A stretch of 40,028 bases of DNA. Source: Malassezia furfur. Its lineage: Eukaryota. The notes beneath the pieces are model-generated. The model saw nothing but the letters and a program-made list of their open reading frames with translations, ran no database searches and had not been told where the DNA came from. The translations under genes were made by a program, and so were the position numbers. Of the stretch, positions 11,101 to 25,630 are shown in pieces. The stretch's first letter is position 1. Each line of letters opens with the position of its first letter. Location: NCBI GenBank assembly GCA_052055015.1, contig JBQJIT010000055.1; one strand, 5' to 3'.

Positions 11101-11769
11101 TTACACGCGGTTGCGCGCCGAGGCGCCCTTGTCGAACAGCAAACGGACAATGAACACCTGGCCCACCGAAATCGCGATGATCAACAGCGTCTGAATCACG
11201 CTGTAGCGCACGATGCGGTTGCGCGTCTTCTCCACGATCGAGAAGCCGTGGTTTTCGCGGGTACGGAAATAGCGCAAGGTGCGTTCCACCGCAATAAAGT
11301 CGGCGTCCAGCTTTTGCATCGAGTCTTCGACCGGCGTCGACTGCTCCGCGAGCAACGCAGCCTTGGCGATGGGCAGGTCTAGCCGAGGTTCGGACTCGAC
11401 GGTGATGTCAAAGTCGACCAGCTTGTCCTCCACCGAGCTGAGGTAGTTCTCAAAGCAGAACGAATACTCTCCAAACTCGTTGGCGGTAAACACGTAGTCC
11501 TCTTGCGATGATCGCTGACCTTCGACAATGACCTTGTCGGTAGGGCTGTGCACACTGTAGTCGATGTCAAAGTTGCCGCCCTCTTGCACCGCAAAGTAGA
11601 AGCCGACCTTTTCGTACTGTTGGTCGACCCACGTGTAGAAACAGGTCTTTTCGTACGCGGGTACCTTGACAGACAGTGATGCCGCATTTGCCTTCCCGGG
11701 CAGAAGCGCAAACAGCGTAACGCACAGCAATGCAAACACGGCACACGACTGCCTCCCGTACCCCGCCAT
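11101..11769 (-). CDS. p24/emp24/gp25L family cargo receptor (GOLD domain, probably gamma/Erp type), 222 aa
   Basis: Signal peptide, CFY..VGFYFAVQEGGNFDIDY..GEYSFCFEN GOLD domain, YFRTRE, C-terminal transmembrane helix, LF and terminal Val. Confidence 0.9.
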   Translation of the reverse strand: MAGYGRQSCAVFALLCVTLFALLPGKANAASLSVKVPAYEKTCFYTWVDQQYEKVGFYFAVQEGGNFDIDYSVHSPTDKVIVEGQRSSQEDYVFTANEFGEYSFCFENYLSSVEDKLVDFDITVESEPRLDLPIAKAALLAEQSTPVEDSMQKLDADFIAVERTLRYFRTRENHGFSIVEKTRNRIVRYSVIQTLLIIAISVGQVFIVRLLFDKGASARNRV

Positions 11770-11825
11770 GGTGTTGGAACGAGGAACGGCACAGCGTGAT
11801 CGTCACGTGATTCCCGAGCGCTATT

Positions 11826-13713
11826 CTACATGGGGGGCTGCGCCATGCGCTCCAACGCATTGACCAGTTGCTCCATCTGGGTGAGTGGGAGGTACACGTA
11901 CCCCTTGTGTCGTGGACACGCTCCATACTTCGAACTCCGATTGCGGCTCGTCAAGTGTGCCGATCAGCGCTTGTGCATTGGGGCCTGCAGCGTCGGCCAT
12001 CGTCTTTTCGTAACAGGCAAGCTCCTTACTAAGTTGGTGCGCACACGCGCGGCCAGGGCCAATGCAAATGAACCGCTGCACCCCTTGCTCGACCAGCGTG
12101 TGGATAGCCTTCACCCAGTAGACCGGCTTGTCTAGTGCATCGGCAAGGTCGCTGCGGACCTCGTCGATGTTCTGAAAGATGCGGCCGTCGTACGACGATA
12201 CGACCGGGAGCGCCGGGTTCAGCCCGCCAATTGGCATAACGTCCACCAGAGAGCGGTATTTTTCCGCGGCCTCCGAAACCATAGTGGTGTGGAAGGGACC
12301 GGCCACCGGCAAGTTTACGGCGCGTGCCCCGTACATTTTGAAACGCAGACGGTCGCAAGCATACATCACACCCACGCGCGTCCCGGAGAGCACAATCTGG
12401 AGCCGCGAGTTGATGTTGGCCACTGCGACGAATTCGTCGGACGCGATGCCCTGCACTTCGCCGTCGCGAATCTCGCGTTGGACCTCTTCGACTTCGCGGA
12501 GCGCGTCCTCCAGGCGTCCCGGACGCACAACGACGGCGCTCACCTGCGTCCCCTTCCATGTGCGTGAACTGCCATCGTGCTGCGCAATGTCGGCAAGGTC
12601 ATCGGACGGCTCAGAGACCAGCAGCTCGCTGCCCTTCCCAGTACCGGCGTTGGCAAAGCCCCACGTCTCATATATATTGACCGGAGGTGTGCATCCCTCG
12701 GGGAACAGCACGGGATGGTTCACCAGACAATTCATCGCCTCCAGCCCGCGGTAACGCAGTGCGCGTAGTGCATCTTCCTGCTGCAAGCAGCCGGCCGCGA
12801 CCAGCGACGCGTACGTTCCCGAGCCGTGGCCAGTCGCCCACGACACCTGTTGCTCCACGAAGTCCACCCCGAATTCTTCCCGTAGCACGGCCAACATCGC
12901 CAGGGTGCACGCAAGAATCGCCGGGGTGGCGTTTTCGGAGCGCGTGAGCTCAAGCTGGTTGCCGGAGAAGACGAGGTCCAGTAGCCATCCAGGCTTGAGG
13001 GACTTGTTTGGCTCAAGTTCGGACAGGTGCTGGAGCTTGCTCTCAAATGCATCGCGCAGCGGATTGGGGGGTAGAGACTGGTCCAGGCGACGACCCTCGA
13101 TAAATGCAGTGAGCGTGGCTTCGGCTTCCTCCCACACGCGCCGTGCGGAAGGGTACATTTCGTATAGGTCGCGCGACATCGTCACGTACTGGGACCCCTG
13201 TCCAGGGAGTATCAGGGCCGTCTTTTTGGGCTCCAGCGGTCGCCCATGGTATCCTTCACCGATGCCCGCGGCACTGCGTCCCGCCAGCGGCGGCACGACG
13301 CCAGATGAGACCCACGATGATGCATTGAACGAGGTAGATGGGTCCGAAAACGTGCGGAGCTCGGGCAGCGGGTGCTTGGGCGACGCATACTCGGCATGGG
13401 TCGATGCCTGTCCCTCCGGGGAAATGCCCGCCGCAGCACGAAGCGCCTTACTTGCACCTGCGCGCGAACGGCGGCGATTGTCGGTGACGGCAGACTTGCC
13501 TGCGTGTGCACGCACAAACTGGACGGGCCGGGTCGCCTCTGATACCGTCGATTCGGCCAAGTCGTTTTGCGACGGCGGCTGGGGTGTTGGGGTGTCGCCG
13601 TTCGACGGAGCCGATTCGCCCTCGCCTTTGTCACTCCTGCGCCATAGATACCTTACTTTGGGGTTTGCGGATGTGGATCTCGCTAATACTCGTGGTATCC
13701 AGGGGCGTAGCAT
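11826..13713 (-). CDS. MCT1: Malonyl-CoA:ACP transacylase (FabD/Mct1)-like protein, probably mitochondrial, with an atypical active site, 2 exons, ~620 aa
   Basis: Exons 13713-11902 and 11876-11826; 25-nt intron 11877-11901. Motifs LILPGQGSQ, LRYRG, VANINSRLQIVLSG, LPVAGPFHT, PVYW and FICIGPG. The Arg-rich, acid-free N-terminus MLRPWIPRVLARSTS suggests a presequence. The start codon is inferred. Confidence 0.8.
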
Positions 13714-13858
13714 GGCTGGCACGCAAGACGTCCTCAGCAGGTCGTCCAAAGAGAGATCGCGTCTGCGGGGAACACTCCGGCACGTGGGAACTGAAGGACC
13801 GGACGTGTGGAGGCCCAACCAGCACCACCGTGCGCCGCGGCTGGACAAGCGAACCACC

Positions 13859-15271
13859 ATGCGACACGCCCCGCCGGGCTGCGTTGTGGTCGTGAAATGC
13901 CTAGCGACACTGCTAGGCATGAGCATGCTTGCGCCTTTGTACGTGTGGGCCTGACACAGTAACACGCTTGTCACATCGTTGGCCTACTTTCACGACGCCT
14001 TTGGCAATGCGCCGCGCCTGGGTGCGACGGTGAGCAGCAGCATCATGACCGTGTTCAACCTGACCTCGGTCCTCTTCACCATCCTTGCAACCGTGCGTGG
14101 AAGCAAAAAGAAGTCGAACCCAATGCGCCGCGTGGTATGGTCGCTTTATCTCTCGATCGCCGCGTTCATGGTGTTGGTTGCGTCGGTGGGCCTGCGCGGC
14201 ACAGAGCCGCTGGTGACCGCGATGCCATACTATCTGTTTCTGCTGCTTCTTTCTGTGGCATTGGCGATATCGCAGGCGTTCATGCAGAGCGGGGCCATGG
14301 TCATCTGCACGCAGCTGTCGATCGACGGCACGCTCATGGGCTACCTTCAGATGGGCCAAGCGCTGCAGGGCGTGTTTGGCAGTGTGGTCAACTTTGTGAG
14401 CACGGTTATGGCCATGCACGTGGAGAAGCGAGAGCAGGGAGCAGCAGAGACGCGCGCCTGGGAGAATGCGAGCGCCGCGACGGTCGTCTTTGTGGTGACC
14501 ATCCTCCTGCAGGTCGGCACGCGCCTGTGTCTGACACGCGCGGCGCAGGTGCCCTCCGTGGAAAAGCACATCCAGACGTGGGAGACCAACATGCTGAGTG
14601 GCGACACAGAGACCTCTGAGCCAAACGCCTGGGAGCATCTGCTCCACGTCCAGAAACGGATTCTGCCGTGGGTCGCCAGCATCTTTTGTATCTTTTTGGT
14701 CACGCTTGGCATCTACCCTGCATTGACCGCGCAGGTGCGCACGGTGAACCCCCATGCGAGCGCATGGCTTGAGGACGCGAGTGTGTTTGTTGCGCTGCAC
14801 ATTGTGCTGCTCAATGTGGGCGATTTGATTGGGCGACGGCTGCCGACGCTCTCGCCGTACTTTTTGATCCGGCGCGGGTGGGTCGCGATGCTCGCAACGA
14901 CGGCGCGCTTCGCATTCCTTCCGCTGTTCCTTGCGTGCAATATCGTGAAGGAGAATGGCGCGCGCCGCGCTTGGGCGCTACCCGATGCGGCCTTTTTCGG
15001 GCTGGTGCTGCTGCTGGGCATCACGACGGGCTGCACAGCAACGTCGGTATTTCTTTCGGGTCCCAAGACCGTGGATGGGACTATGGCACACAGCATGCCC
15101 CCTTCCGACACGCCTGCAGGGGCGGACGTGGAGTACGACCCGCTGTTGGACGACTATGACCCGCACGAGAACCGCGACGCGGCGATTGCCTCGATGTTGC
15201 TCGCATTCTGGCTCGTGATGGGCCTAATGGCAGGCAGCTGTTTCAGCTTTGTGGTGCTTGCGCTGACCTAA
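13859..15271 (+). CDS. FUN26: Equilibrative nucleoside transporter (ENT/SLC29, Fun26-like), 2 exons, 463 aa
   Basis: Exons 13859-13938 and 13960-15271; the 21-nt intron 13939-13959 restores the TM1 motif LLGMSMLAPFNTLVTSLAYF. Also MGQALQGV, VTLGIYPALT, NVGDLIGR, RFAFLPLFLACN and GLMAGSCFS, with multiple hydrophobic helices. Confidence 0.85.
13939..13959 (+). other. Shortest spliceosomal intron in the window (21 nt)
   Basis: GTACGTGTGGGCCTGACACAG: consensus donor, CTGAC branch site and CAG acceptor. It contains an in-frame TGA (13952-13954) that would otherwise interrupt ENT TM1. Confidence 0.85.
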
Positions 15272-15323
15272 AGGGCCAGAAACGTATCTCCACAGAGGAT
15301 ACCCTATGAGCATGTAGTGTAAA

Positions 15324-15630
15324 TTACTCGTCGTCGTAGCCCGACACCGGTTTCCGGGGACCCTCAGGGACTGTGTGTGAGCGCGCTGGAGCAAACTTAC
15401 GAGGATAGGTAATCGGGATCTTCTCTGCGGGCTTCCAGCCGTAGGACGCGCGCACGCGCGGCACGGTGACCACCGCAATGGGACCCATGAACCCGACGAG
15501 CAGCGAGAAGAAGACAACGGGGCGCTCGTGTGCCGAGGCACGCTGTTGTTAGGTTTCGTATTGTGTGCGGACGTACGAGGTATTTGAAGGTGTTGTTGAA
15601 CGGCCGCACGGCAGCAGAGAGGAACGACAT
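15324..15630 (-). CDS. NADH:ubiquinone oxidoreductase 9.5-kDa accessory subunit (NI9M/NDUFA3-like), 3 exons, 80 aa
   Basis: Exons 15630-15577, 15542-15401, 15370-15324; introns 34 and 30 nt. Product MSFLSAAVRPFNNTFKYLRASAHERPVVFFSLLVGFMGPIAVVTVPRVRASYGWKPAEKIPITYPLPEGPRKPVSGYDDE has one TM helix plus the IPxTYPLP...GYDD pattern. Confidence 0.85.
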
Positions 15631-15944
15631 GTCCAGCAGAGGCACAATCACCGTCGTCGACCGGAAGCGAGAGGGGGCCTCCACGTGGGGCCATGTGGCG
15701 TGCCGCGGATCGGACCTAGCGGCCGTGTAACATCCAAGCTGGTGGCCTGCAGCCCTTGGCTTGACAACTGCTGTTCTTGCACAGTCAAACGCTACACGAC
15801 TGTTGGGCACTCAGGCGCTCCCGACCAACCTTTTCGGGGATCGCAACCAAGCCGACCCCCTGTGTTTACGACACCGTCTGCGCCGAAGCACTGGTGTCGT
15901 TGACCGCTGGCCGCACGGCCGGAGCTCTCCGGGATCTCGACGCG

Positions 15945-17699
15945 ATGACGTCCCCGTTTATCGAGGCGATGGACCCCTTTTCTATCTCACTCACGGAACT
16001 CGATGATCCGTTCATGGATCTCAGTGGGAACGGGTCGCTGCCGCTGGACGACGCACTCGACATTGTCCATGGCACGCCGCGAGCGCTACAGAAAGAGTTT
16101 GTTGCACACCGCCCGCCCGGCTCCGATCTCGCCGCGGCACTGGGCAAGTCGCCACGCATGGGTATACTCGACCCCCTCAGTGAGCCGAGCACGTGGTTGT
16201 CGCAGAGTACATGGACCGCGACGCTGCACCCCGACGAGGCCAGCGGCGGCCTCGAGAGCAGCTCGAGCACCACGAGCACCAGCAGCATGTACAGCCTCGC
16301 ACGCACCTCGCACGCACCCGCAGATACCACCATGCGCGGGCCGTTCGGCAGCGGCAGCAGCGCAGACAGCGAGCACGAGTTTGGCGACGTCTGGCACGCC
16401 GCGATGCATGCCTCGCCCGATGTCCCCTCGGCGATCTCCTCGACGTCGTCCGAGTCGTTGCTCCGCGCATCGCCCATGTCGATGCGCACCCCCAACCAAT
16501 CGCCTGCAGAGACCGGCACGGGCACGTCGGTGCCTGTGCCTGCGCGAAAGGAGCGTAGGTCGTTTGATGCACACACGTCGACGCCACCCTCGCTACCCTC
16601 CTCTCACGACGCAGCGCACGCACACGGCGTGCTGCGTCCGCCAGGCACACCGAGCGACCGCGCCGTGAGCGAGATGGCCTCGACGCCGCCCGCGTCGCTC
16701 GCGAGCCAAGCGCTCCGATCCAGCCCAGTTCATGCACGGACCGCGCCCGTGGTGATGCGCGGATGGGCCGAGCCGTACATGATGCAACAGGTGCAGGCCC
16801 TGTCTGCGATGGGATACACGCCGCACACGGATCCCGGTGCACTGAGCCATCTCACAGGGACGTTTGCGCCGCTCAGCATGCACGCCATGAGCTCGGCGGC
16901 GCCCCAGGCGCTGTTTGTCGACCCGCAGTCGACGCAGGCGGAGATTACGTCGCCGCACGGCAGCTGGGACCCCTCTGGAACTCCGACATCGTGGGCCACG
17001 CGCACACCCACGCTGTCCACGATGTCGCTGCAGCAGGCGCTGCCCATCTCACCGACGCGGCGCGGGCGCCCGTCGGTGGCCAAGACGCCACGCAAGGCAC
17101 AGAGCACGCCGCTCTTCCAGATCACCACCATGTCCGGCGCCGAGCCCACGACGGTGCCGGCGGTGCCCGGCACCACCACGCCCGGCCGTACACGCGGGCC
17201 CCAAAAGGCGCTCCGGAAACACACGAGTCACCGGCGTATGAACGCAGGTGCGGGCGCGAACACCATGTCGCCCGTGCCCGACGCCAAGGCCGCGCACGGC
17301 TCCCGGCTGCGCGCGCGGGGCTCGATGATGGCACTGCGGCAGGCAAATGCGATGCAGGCGGCGGCCAAGCCGGCGTCGGCCCCGCGGAAGCCAATGACGC
17401 TCAGCTTTGTGAACTACGGAATTGACGATGCCGAAGAGTTGTGTTCGGCCGTGGCGCCGAGCGGCAGTTACAAGGTGCCGCTGCGCGGCTACTCACGCGA
17501 CTCGGACGGCGAGGAGGAGGAGGCAGATGACGCGATGCACGACAGACCCACGCCCACGCCCACACACAAGCCGCTGCGCCATGCCGCGTCCGCAGACACG
17601 GGCGCCGCAGGCCGAGCACCACCCGCTGCCAGCCCCGAAATCAAACGGCGGCAGACGACGGCGGTACTGCGCGAGCAGGCGAACCGGCAGGACGGATGA
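15945..17699 (+). CDS. WetA/Esc1-like putative regulator, largely low-complexity, ~584 aa
   Basis: Ser/Pro/Thr-rich ORF whose C-terminal SFVNYGIDDAEELCSAVAPSGSYK (17403-17474) resembles the ESC1/WetA motif FVNFT...GVAPSGSSK. The first in-frame ATG is at 15945. Confidence 0.65.
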   Translation: MTSPFIEAMDPFSISLTELDDPFMDLSGNGSLPLDDALDIVHGTPRALQKEFVAHRPPGSDLAAALGKSPRMGILDPLSEPSTWLSQSTWTATLHPDEASGGLESSSSTTSTSSMYSLARTSHAPADTTMRGPFGSGSSADSEHEFGDVWHAAMHASPDVPSAISSTSSESLLRASPMSMRTPNQSPAETGTGTSVPVPARKERRSFDAHTSTPPSLPSSHDAAHAHGVLRPPGTPSDRAVSEMASTPPASLASQALRSSPVHARTAPVVMRGWAEPYMMQQVQALSAMGYTPHTDPGALSHLTGTFAPLSMHAMSSAAPQALFVDPQSTQAEITSPHGSWDPSGTPTSWATRTPTLSTMSLQQALPISPTRRGRPSVAKTPRKAQSTPLFQITTMSGAEPTTVPAVPGTTTPGRTRGPQKALRKHTSHRRMNAGAGANTMSPVPDAKAAHGSRLRARGSMMALRQANAMQAAAKPASAPRKPMTLSFVNYGIDDAEELCSAVAPSGSYKVPLRGYSRDSDGEEEEADDAMHDRPTPTPTHKPLRHAASADTGAAGRAPPAASPEIKRRQTTAVLREQANRQDG

Positions 17700-17803
17700 G
17701 TCGCGCAACGCTTGTGTATATTTTTTGTAGATGATAGATTCGTGCGTTGAGCTAAGAAGACGTATTCATCCGGGGAATCGGGAGCGCGGCACGGCGCGCT
17801 GCA

Positions 17804-18192
17804 TCACGGCGCGGGCGCCGAGGGCACATCGAGGCCGACGGTGCGTGCCGTCGCCTTGATGCGCTCCTGCTCAGACATGCCGTACAGCGGGTTGTACTGC
17901 TCCATGAGCTTGTTGAACACGCGCTTGCTCCGCAGGAACAGCTCGAGGTCTGCGAGTGCAGACTGGCTGTGCTTTGTGTCTTCCAGCTGCTGCGTAAAGG
18001 CGGCGAGCGGCGTATTCTGTGCATCGGTGCGCGATGGCAGCTGCGGGTTAGACGTTCGCGACGTACCGCATCGCGCAGCTCGTCAAAGACCTTCGCCGCA
18101 AGTTCCTTGGGCGTCGCACGCGTCCGCGCCGCTTCCAGCGACGCGAACGAGAACAGGCTCGCGGATGCCTTCCGAGCCGCAGCCGACGACAT
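17804..18192 (-). CDS. FMC1: ATP synthase assembly factor Fmc1 (mitochondrial), 2 exons, 120 aa
   Basis: Exons 18192-18067 and 18040-17804; 26-nt intron 18041-18066. The C-terminus FLRSKRVFNKLMEQYNPLYGMSEQERIKATARTVGLDVP matches the Fmc1 pattern. Confidence 0.8.
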
Positions 18193-18358
18193 CGTGGTGG
18201 AGGGCGAATGCACGAAATCCGGCGCTTTTGCACACAGCGCCGCCGCGCCGCCTCCACTGGGGTGGGGGCCAGGCACACCGAGGCGGCTGCACCGTAGGGG
18301 GCCATAGCCATCTGTCCTATTGAAGCGCTATGCCCACACGTCTATCATCGTACATCAC

Positions 18359-21852
<3,494 letters not shown>

Positions 21853-21923
21853 GAACACGTGCTCGGCGAGGTCCGTGCGGGCGTGCAGGGGACGGGTGTT
21901 CCGTAGTTTCGTTTCCCTCCAAC

Positions 21924-22716
21924 ATGGCCCGTTACTGTCTTTACTATTGGCCTCAGATCCCGGGGCGTGGCGAGTTTGTGCGCCTCGCATTCGAGTATGC
22001 CAAGGTGTCGTTCAGTGAGGTGAACGACATCGAGACGTTGCAGGCACTCACGGACCCGAAGCGTGCCGAGGCAGGACGGCCGCCACACTTGGCAGTCCCA
22101 CTGCTCGAGGTGCAACAGGGCGACACGCACGCCTATGTGAGCCAGACGCCGGCGATTCTTGACTACCTCGCGCCCAGGCTCGGGCTCGCAGGCACGCAGC
22201 CGGATGTCGACCCCGCCGTGACGCGCGCACACATCCTCCAGCTCACGCTCACGGCGCTGGACTGGGCAAATGAGGCACACAACGTGCACCATCCGATGTA
22301 CGTGCACAAGCTTACCACAGCGGTGTTGGACTCTACTACGAGCAACAAAAAGAGGCCGCTGCCGAGGCCGCCAAGCAGTTCCGTGAGGGACGCATCCCGA
22401 AGTTTGCAACGGTACGTGTGCGTCCTTTCTCACATAGTATTTTGAAGCGACGCTCGCGCAAAACTTGCGCGCGACCAACGTGCGGCGGGTGCTCGGCACC
22501 ACGACGTCCATCGCGGACCTTGTCCTGTTCCAGGTACTCGAGGGGCTCCACTTTGCATTCCCACGGACGATGCAACACGCGGCATCTTCGACGCCGGAGC
22601 TCGGTCGCTTCCGCTCAGAGATCGCCACGGAGCTAGGCGCGTATCTGCAAAGCACGCGCCGCCGCGCCTTCAACGACGGCCTCTTCCGCCATTATCCTGA
22701 GCTCGACGCGCCGTAG
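21924..22716 (+). CDS. Glutathione S-transferase, 3 exons, 247 aa
   Basis: Exons 21924-22297, 22321-22411, 22438-22716; introns 23 and 26 nt. Motifs LYYWPQIPGRGEFVRLAFE, SQTPAILDYL, HHPIGVGLYYEQQK, RIPKFATYFE, SIADLVLFQVLEGLHFAFP and GLFRHYPELD. Confidence 0.88.
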
Positions 22717-22767
22717 GAGCGCCTGTGCGCCAAAATATTTTCGTAATCCCACTCCTCTGTTGCGACG

Positions 22768-24917
22768 ATGGCCGCCGAGACCGACGCGGACGCGTCGGCG
22801 CGGACGCAGTTCTATACCCAATCGTTCACCATCTTCACCTCGCTGCAGTCGATCGCCGCATCGCAGCAGCAGGAAGATCGCGGCGAGGATGCGGCGGCAT
22901 GGCTGGCAGCGGGGCCGTCAGTGCAGACGATGCAGTACTATTACCGTATTGGCACGTTGTATTGCGACACGCTTCAGACATACATTGACGCGCTCGAGGC
23001 GAACTCTACGAGTGATGCCGATTATCTGAAGCACATACAGATGCTCCAGACCCTCTTCCACCTCGCGCAGGTGCTCTACCTCCCCGAAGACGGGCGTGGG
23101 ATGGGCGTGCTCGGCGAAGAGCTGCTGCACTGGCTCAACGCTCACGACATCGGTACGTGCAGTCCCTCACGCAGCTCCCACAACTGAACAGGGCCAACAA
23201 ATTGCCCAGACCTCGCCGTCGTATGACCATCCGGAGTTCTGGGACTATCTGTTCCGCTGCGTCCTGCGCGGCTTCTACACGACGGCCGCGACGGTACTGC
23301 AGAGCTACCACGCCCCAGGCGTATCACCCACGCTACAAAACATTGCCAGTGAGACTGCCCAGATCCTCAAGTCGCTCCCACGGTCCACAGGGTACGCGAC
23401 CGAGCCGGCGTTTTTCGCGGCGCATCGCAATTGGCATACGTCGGTGCGCGTTTTCTTGTCGGGTCTGCAACGCAAGATGAACGCCGTTCAGTCTGAGCTA
23501 AGCTCGAGCGGGCACGCACATGCCGAGGAAGAACGCCTCGAGCTAGAGGCACAGTTCCGCTGCCTACTCGAGCTGCTGTGCGGCGTGCAGGATAGGATTC
23601 TCGAGTTTTCGGAAAACTGGGTCGAGGCACTGTGTGCATGGGGCACGCTTGTCCAGCCCGCGATGAAGCGCGATGATCTTCCGTACGTTGACCCACTCAC
23701 ACAGCGAGGTCGTTCAATTGATTACCGACCATCTTCAGCCCGATGGCACGCTTAGCAGCGACATGATCCTCGTGTCCTTAATGCGCGGCGACGTCACCAA
23801 AAGCATCAAGCAATGCCTCCCTTTTGATGAGTGGCTCGCGGCGCACCTGGGTGACCTGTGCAGCAAGGCCCTGCTCCTCGACGAATCGCAGCAAAACGAC
23901 GGAGCACCGCTGATGGACACGGTACTATTTGCGTGGGCAGACACGTTACTGAACGAGGAGCGGCTCTGGCGCATGGCCCTGTCGTACCTGGCCGTGGTCC
24001 AGACGCCTGCGGCACGCTCCAAGATGCGCGGCGTCCTATTCAGCGTGCCGCTGATGGACATCGACGACGCTGATGCGCAGTTCAAACAGGTCGAAGAAGT
24101 GCTCGGCGCATGCATCGAGTATGGAATGGACGACGAAGTACGCGTCATCTGCAAGGTACGTCCCACACCTCACACAGCGTCTCGGTCACAGCCTTATGGA
24201 GCACAAAAAATACGGCCTGGCGATCGCCTACAGTGTCCGCGCGCGCGACGCGCGACAAGTCCGCCAGATCGCTGAGCAGATGCTGCACGATTTTGTGGAG
24301 CACGGTGCAGAGCAGTTCATCAAGAGCGTCGACACCATCCCGCGGGTGCTGCTGGACAATGCGGAGACCGTGGCCATTGAGGCGGGGCTCACCGCCGACA
24401 ACGCCGAGCTTGCGACGCCCTTCGCGACGGTGTCGAGCATCTTTTCGACTGAGACGTTTGCGCCGCTCGTCTTCCATGTAAAATACCGCGACTTCCTCGA
24501 GCTATTTGCGGACAAGAGCACCTGGGCCGATGCGGCGCACATCCTCGTTGGCCTACTTACTAGCGACGTGACGCCCGAGTCGTTCTTGGCCGTGCTCCTA
24601 GTCAACGCATTGCCGCTCATCCAAGGTGCGTCGCGGAAGCTAACGCAGCGCCCGATCTCTACTTTACACTTTCCGAGACGTACGAGCTGTTACGCATCGT
24701 CGAAAAGGTCGCGCCCGCCGCGGCGCAGACCCAAGCGGAGGCACAGCCGGCTTACTACTTCTCTTGGCTCGAGCAGCTCCTCGCCCGCGAGGCAGGCACA
24801 TCCACCGCGTCACCGGCGGCCCAGCGCAAGCTGGTCCAGGAGCGCATGCTCACCGTGCGTATCGCTGTGGCTCAGTACCTTTCGCGCGTGCTCGTTGAGG
24901 GCGCAGAGAGCGCGTAA
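22768..24917 (+). CDS. NUP85: Nucleoporin Nup85, 5 exons, 686 aa
   Basis: Exons 22768-23152, 23175-23682, 23705-24155, 24178-24625, 24649-24917; introns of 22, 22, 22 and 23 nt each restore the frame. Motifs LLHWLN, FWDYLFRCVLRG, WVEALCA, FDEWLAAHLGDL, LWRMALSYL and C-terminal VRIAVAQYLSR. Confidence 0.82.
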
Positions 24918-25113
24918 GACACCTCGGGCGACCTGAGCGTTGTCGTAGAATATGCATTTGCATGGTATGAGCACAATGGTCTAAATACTGCCTTGACTGT
25001 TCCTAGTGGCAACACAAACTGCCGTGCGTCACGCCATCAAGACAGTCGACGGAACATGTGCAGGCGCAGCAAATAAACGCGAGATTTTTTTTTGAGAGGA
25101 ATCGCTTCGTAGC

Positions 25114-25565
25114 TTAAACCACGGTGCCGGCGTTCGAGGCGATACGCGGCCAGAGGTCAGCCTGTAGATTAGTATTCTGCAAGGCACACGCCAGATACGT
25201 ACACATTCCTTGGCAACCGGGCCCGTGATGGCACTGCCCTTCATCTCACCCTTGGGGTTGACAATGACACCGGCGTTGTCCTCGAAGTACAGGAAAACAC
25301 CGTCACGACGGCGCCACGGCTTGCGCTGGCGGACAACAACAGCAGCAAGCACCTTCTTCCTGAGCTCGGGCTTACCCTTCTTGACGGAAGCCACGAACAT
25401 GTCGCCCGCAGCCGCCGCGGGAAGACGGTTCATCGCCGCACCAACACCGACAACGGCAATGACGAACAGGTTCTTTGCACCCGAGTTGTCGGCGCAGTTG
25501 ATGACCGCACCCACCGGGAGACCCAGCGTCATGCGGTACTTGTTACCCATAGAAACCTTCGGCAT
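25114..25565 (-). CDS. RPL23: 60S ribosomal protein L23 (uL14), 2 exons, 136 aa
   Basis: Exons 25565-25203 and 25161-25114; 41-nt intron 25162-25202. Sequence [20 protein letters not shown]...[43 protein letters not shown]. Confidence 0.95.
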
Positions 25566-25630
25566 GGTGACGTTACGACGGTTGAGAGGATCAAACGAGT
25601 GCGTTGAGGCTTAGGTTGCCCAGTTTGGTA

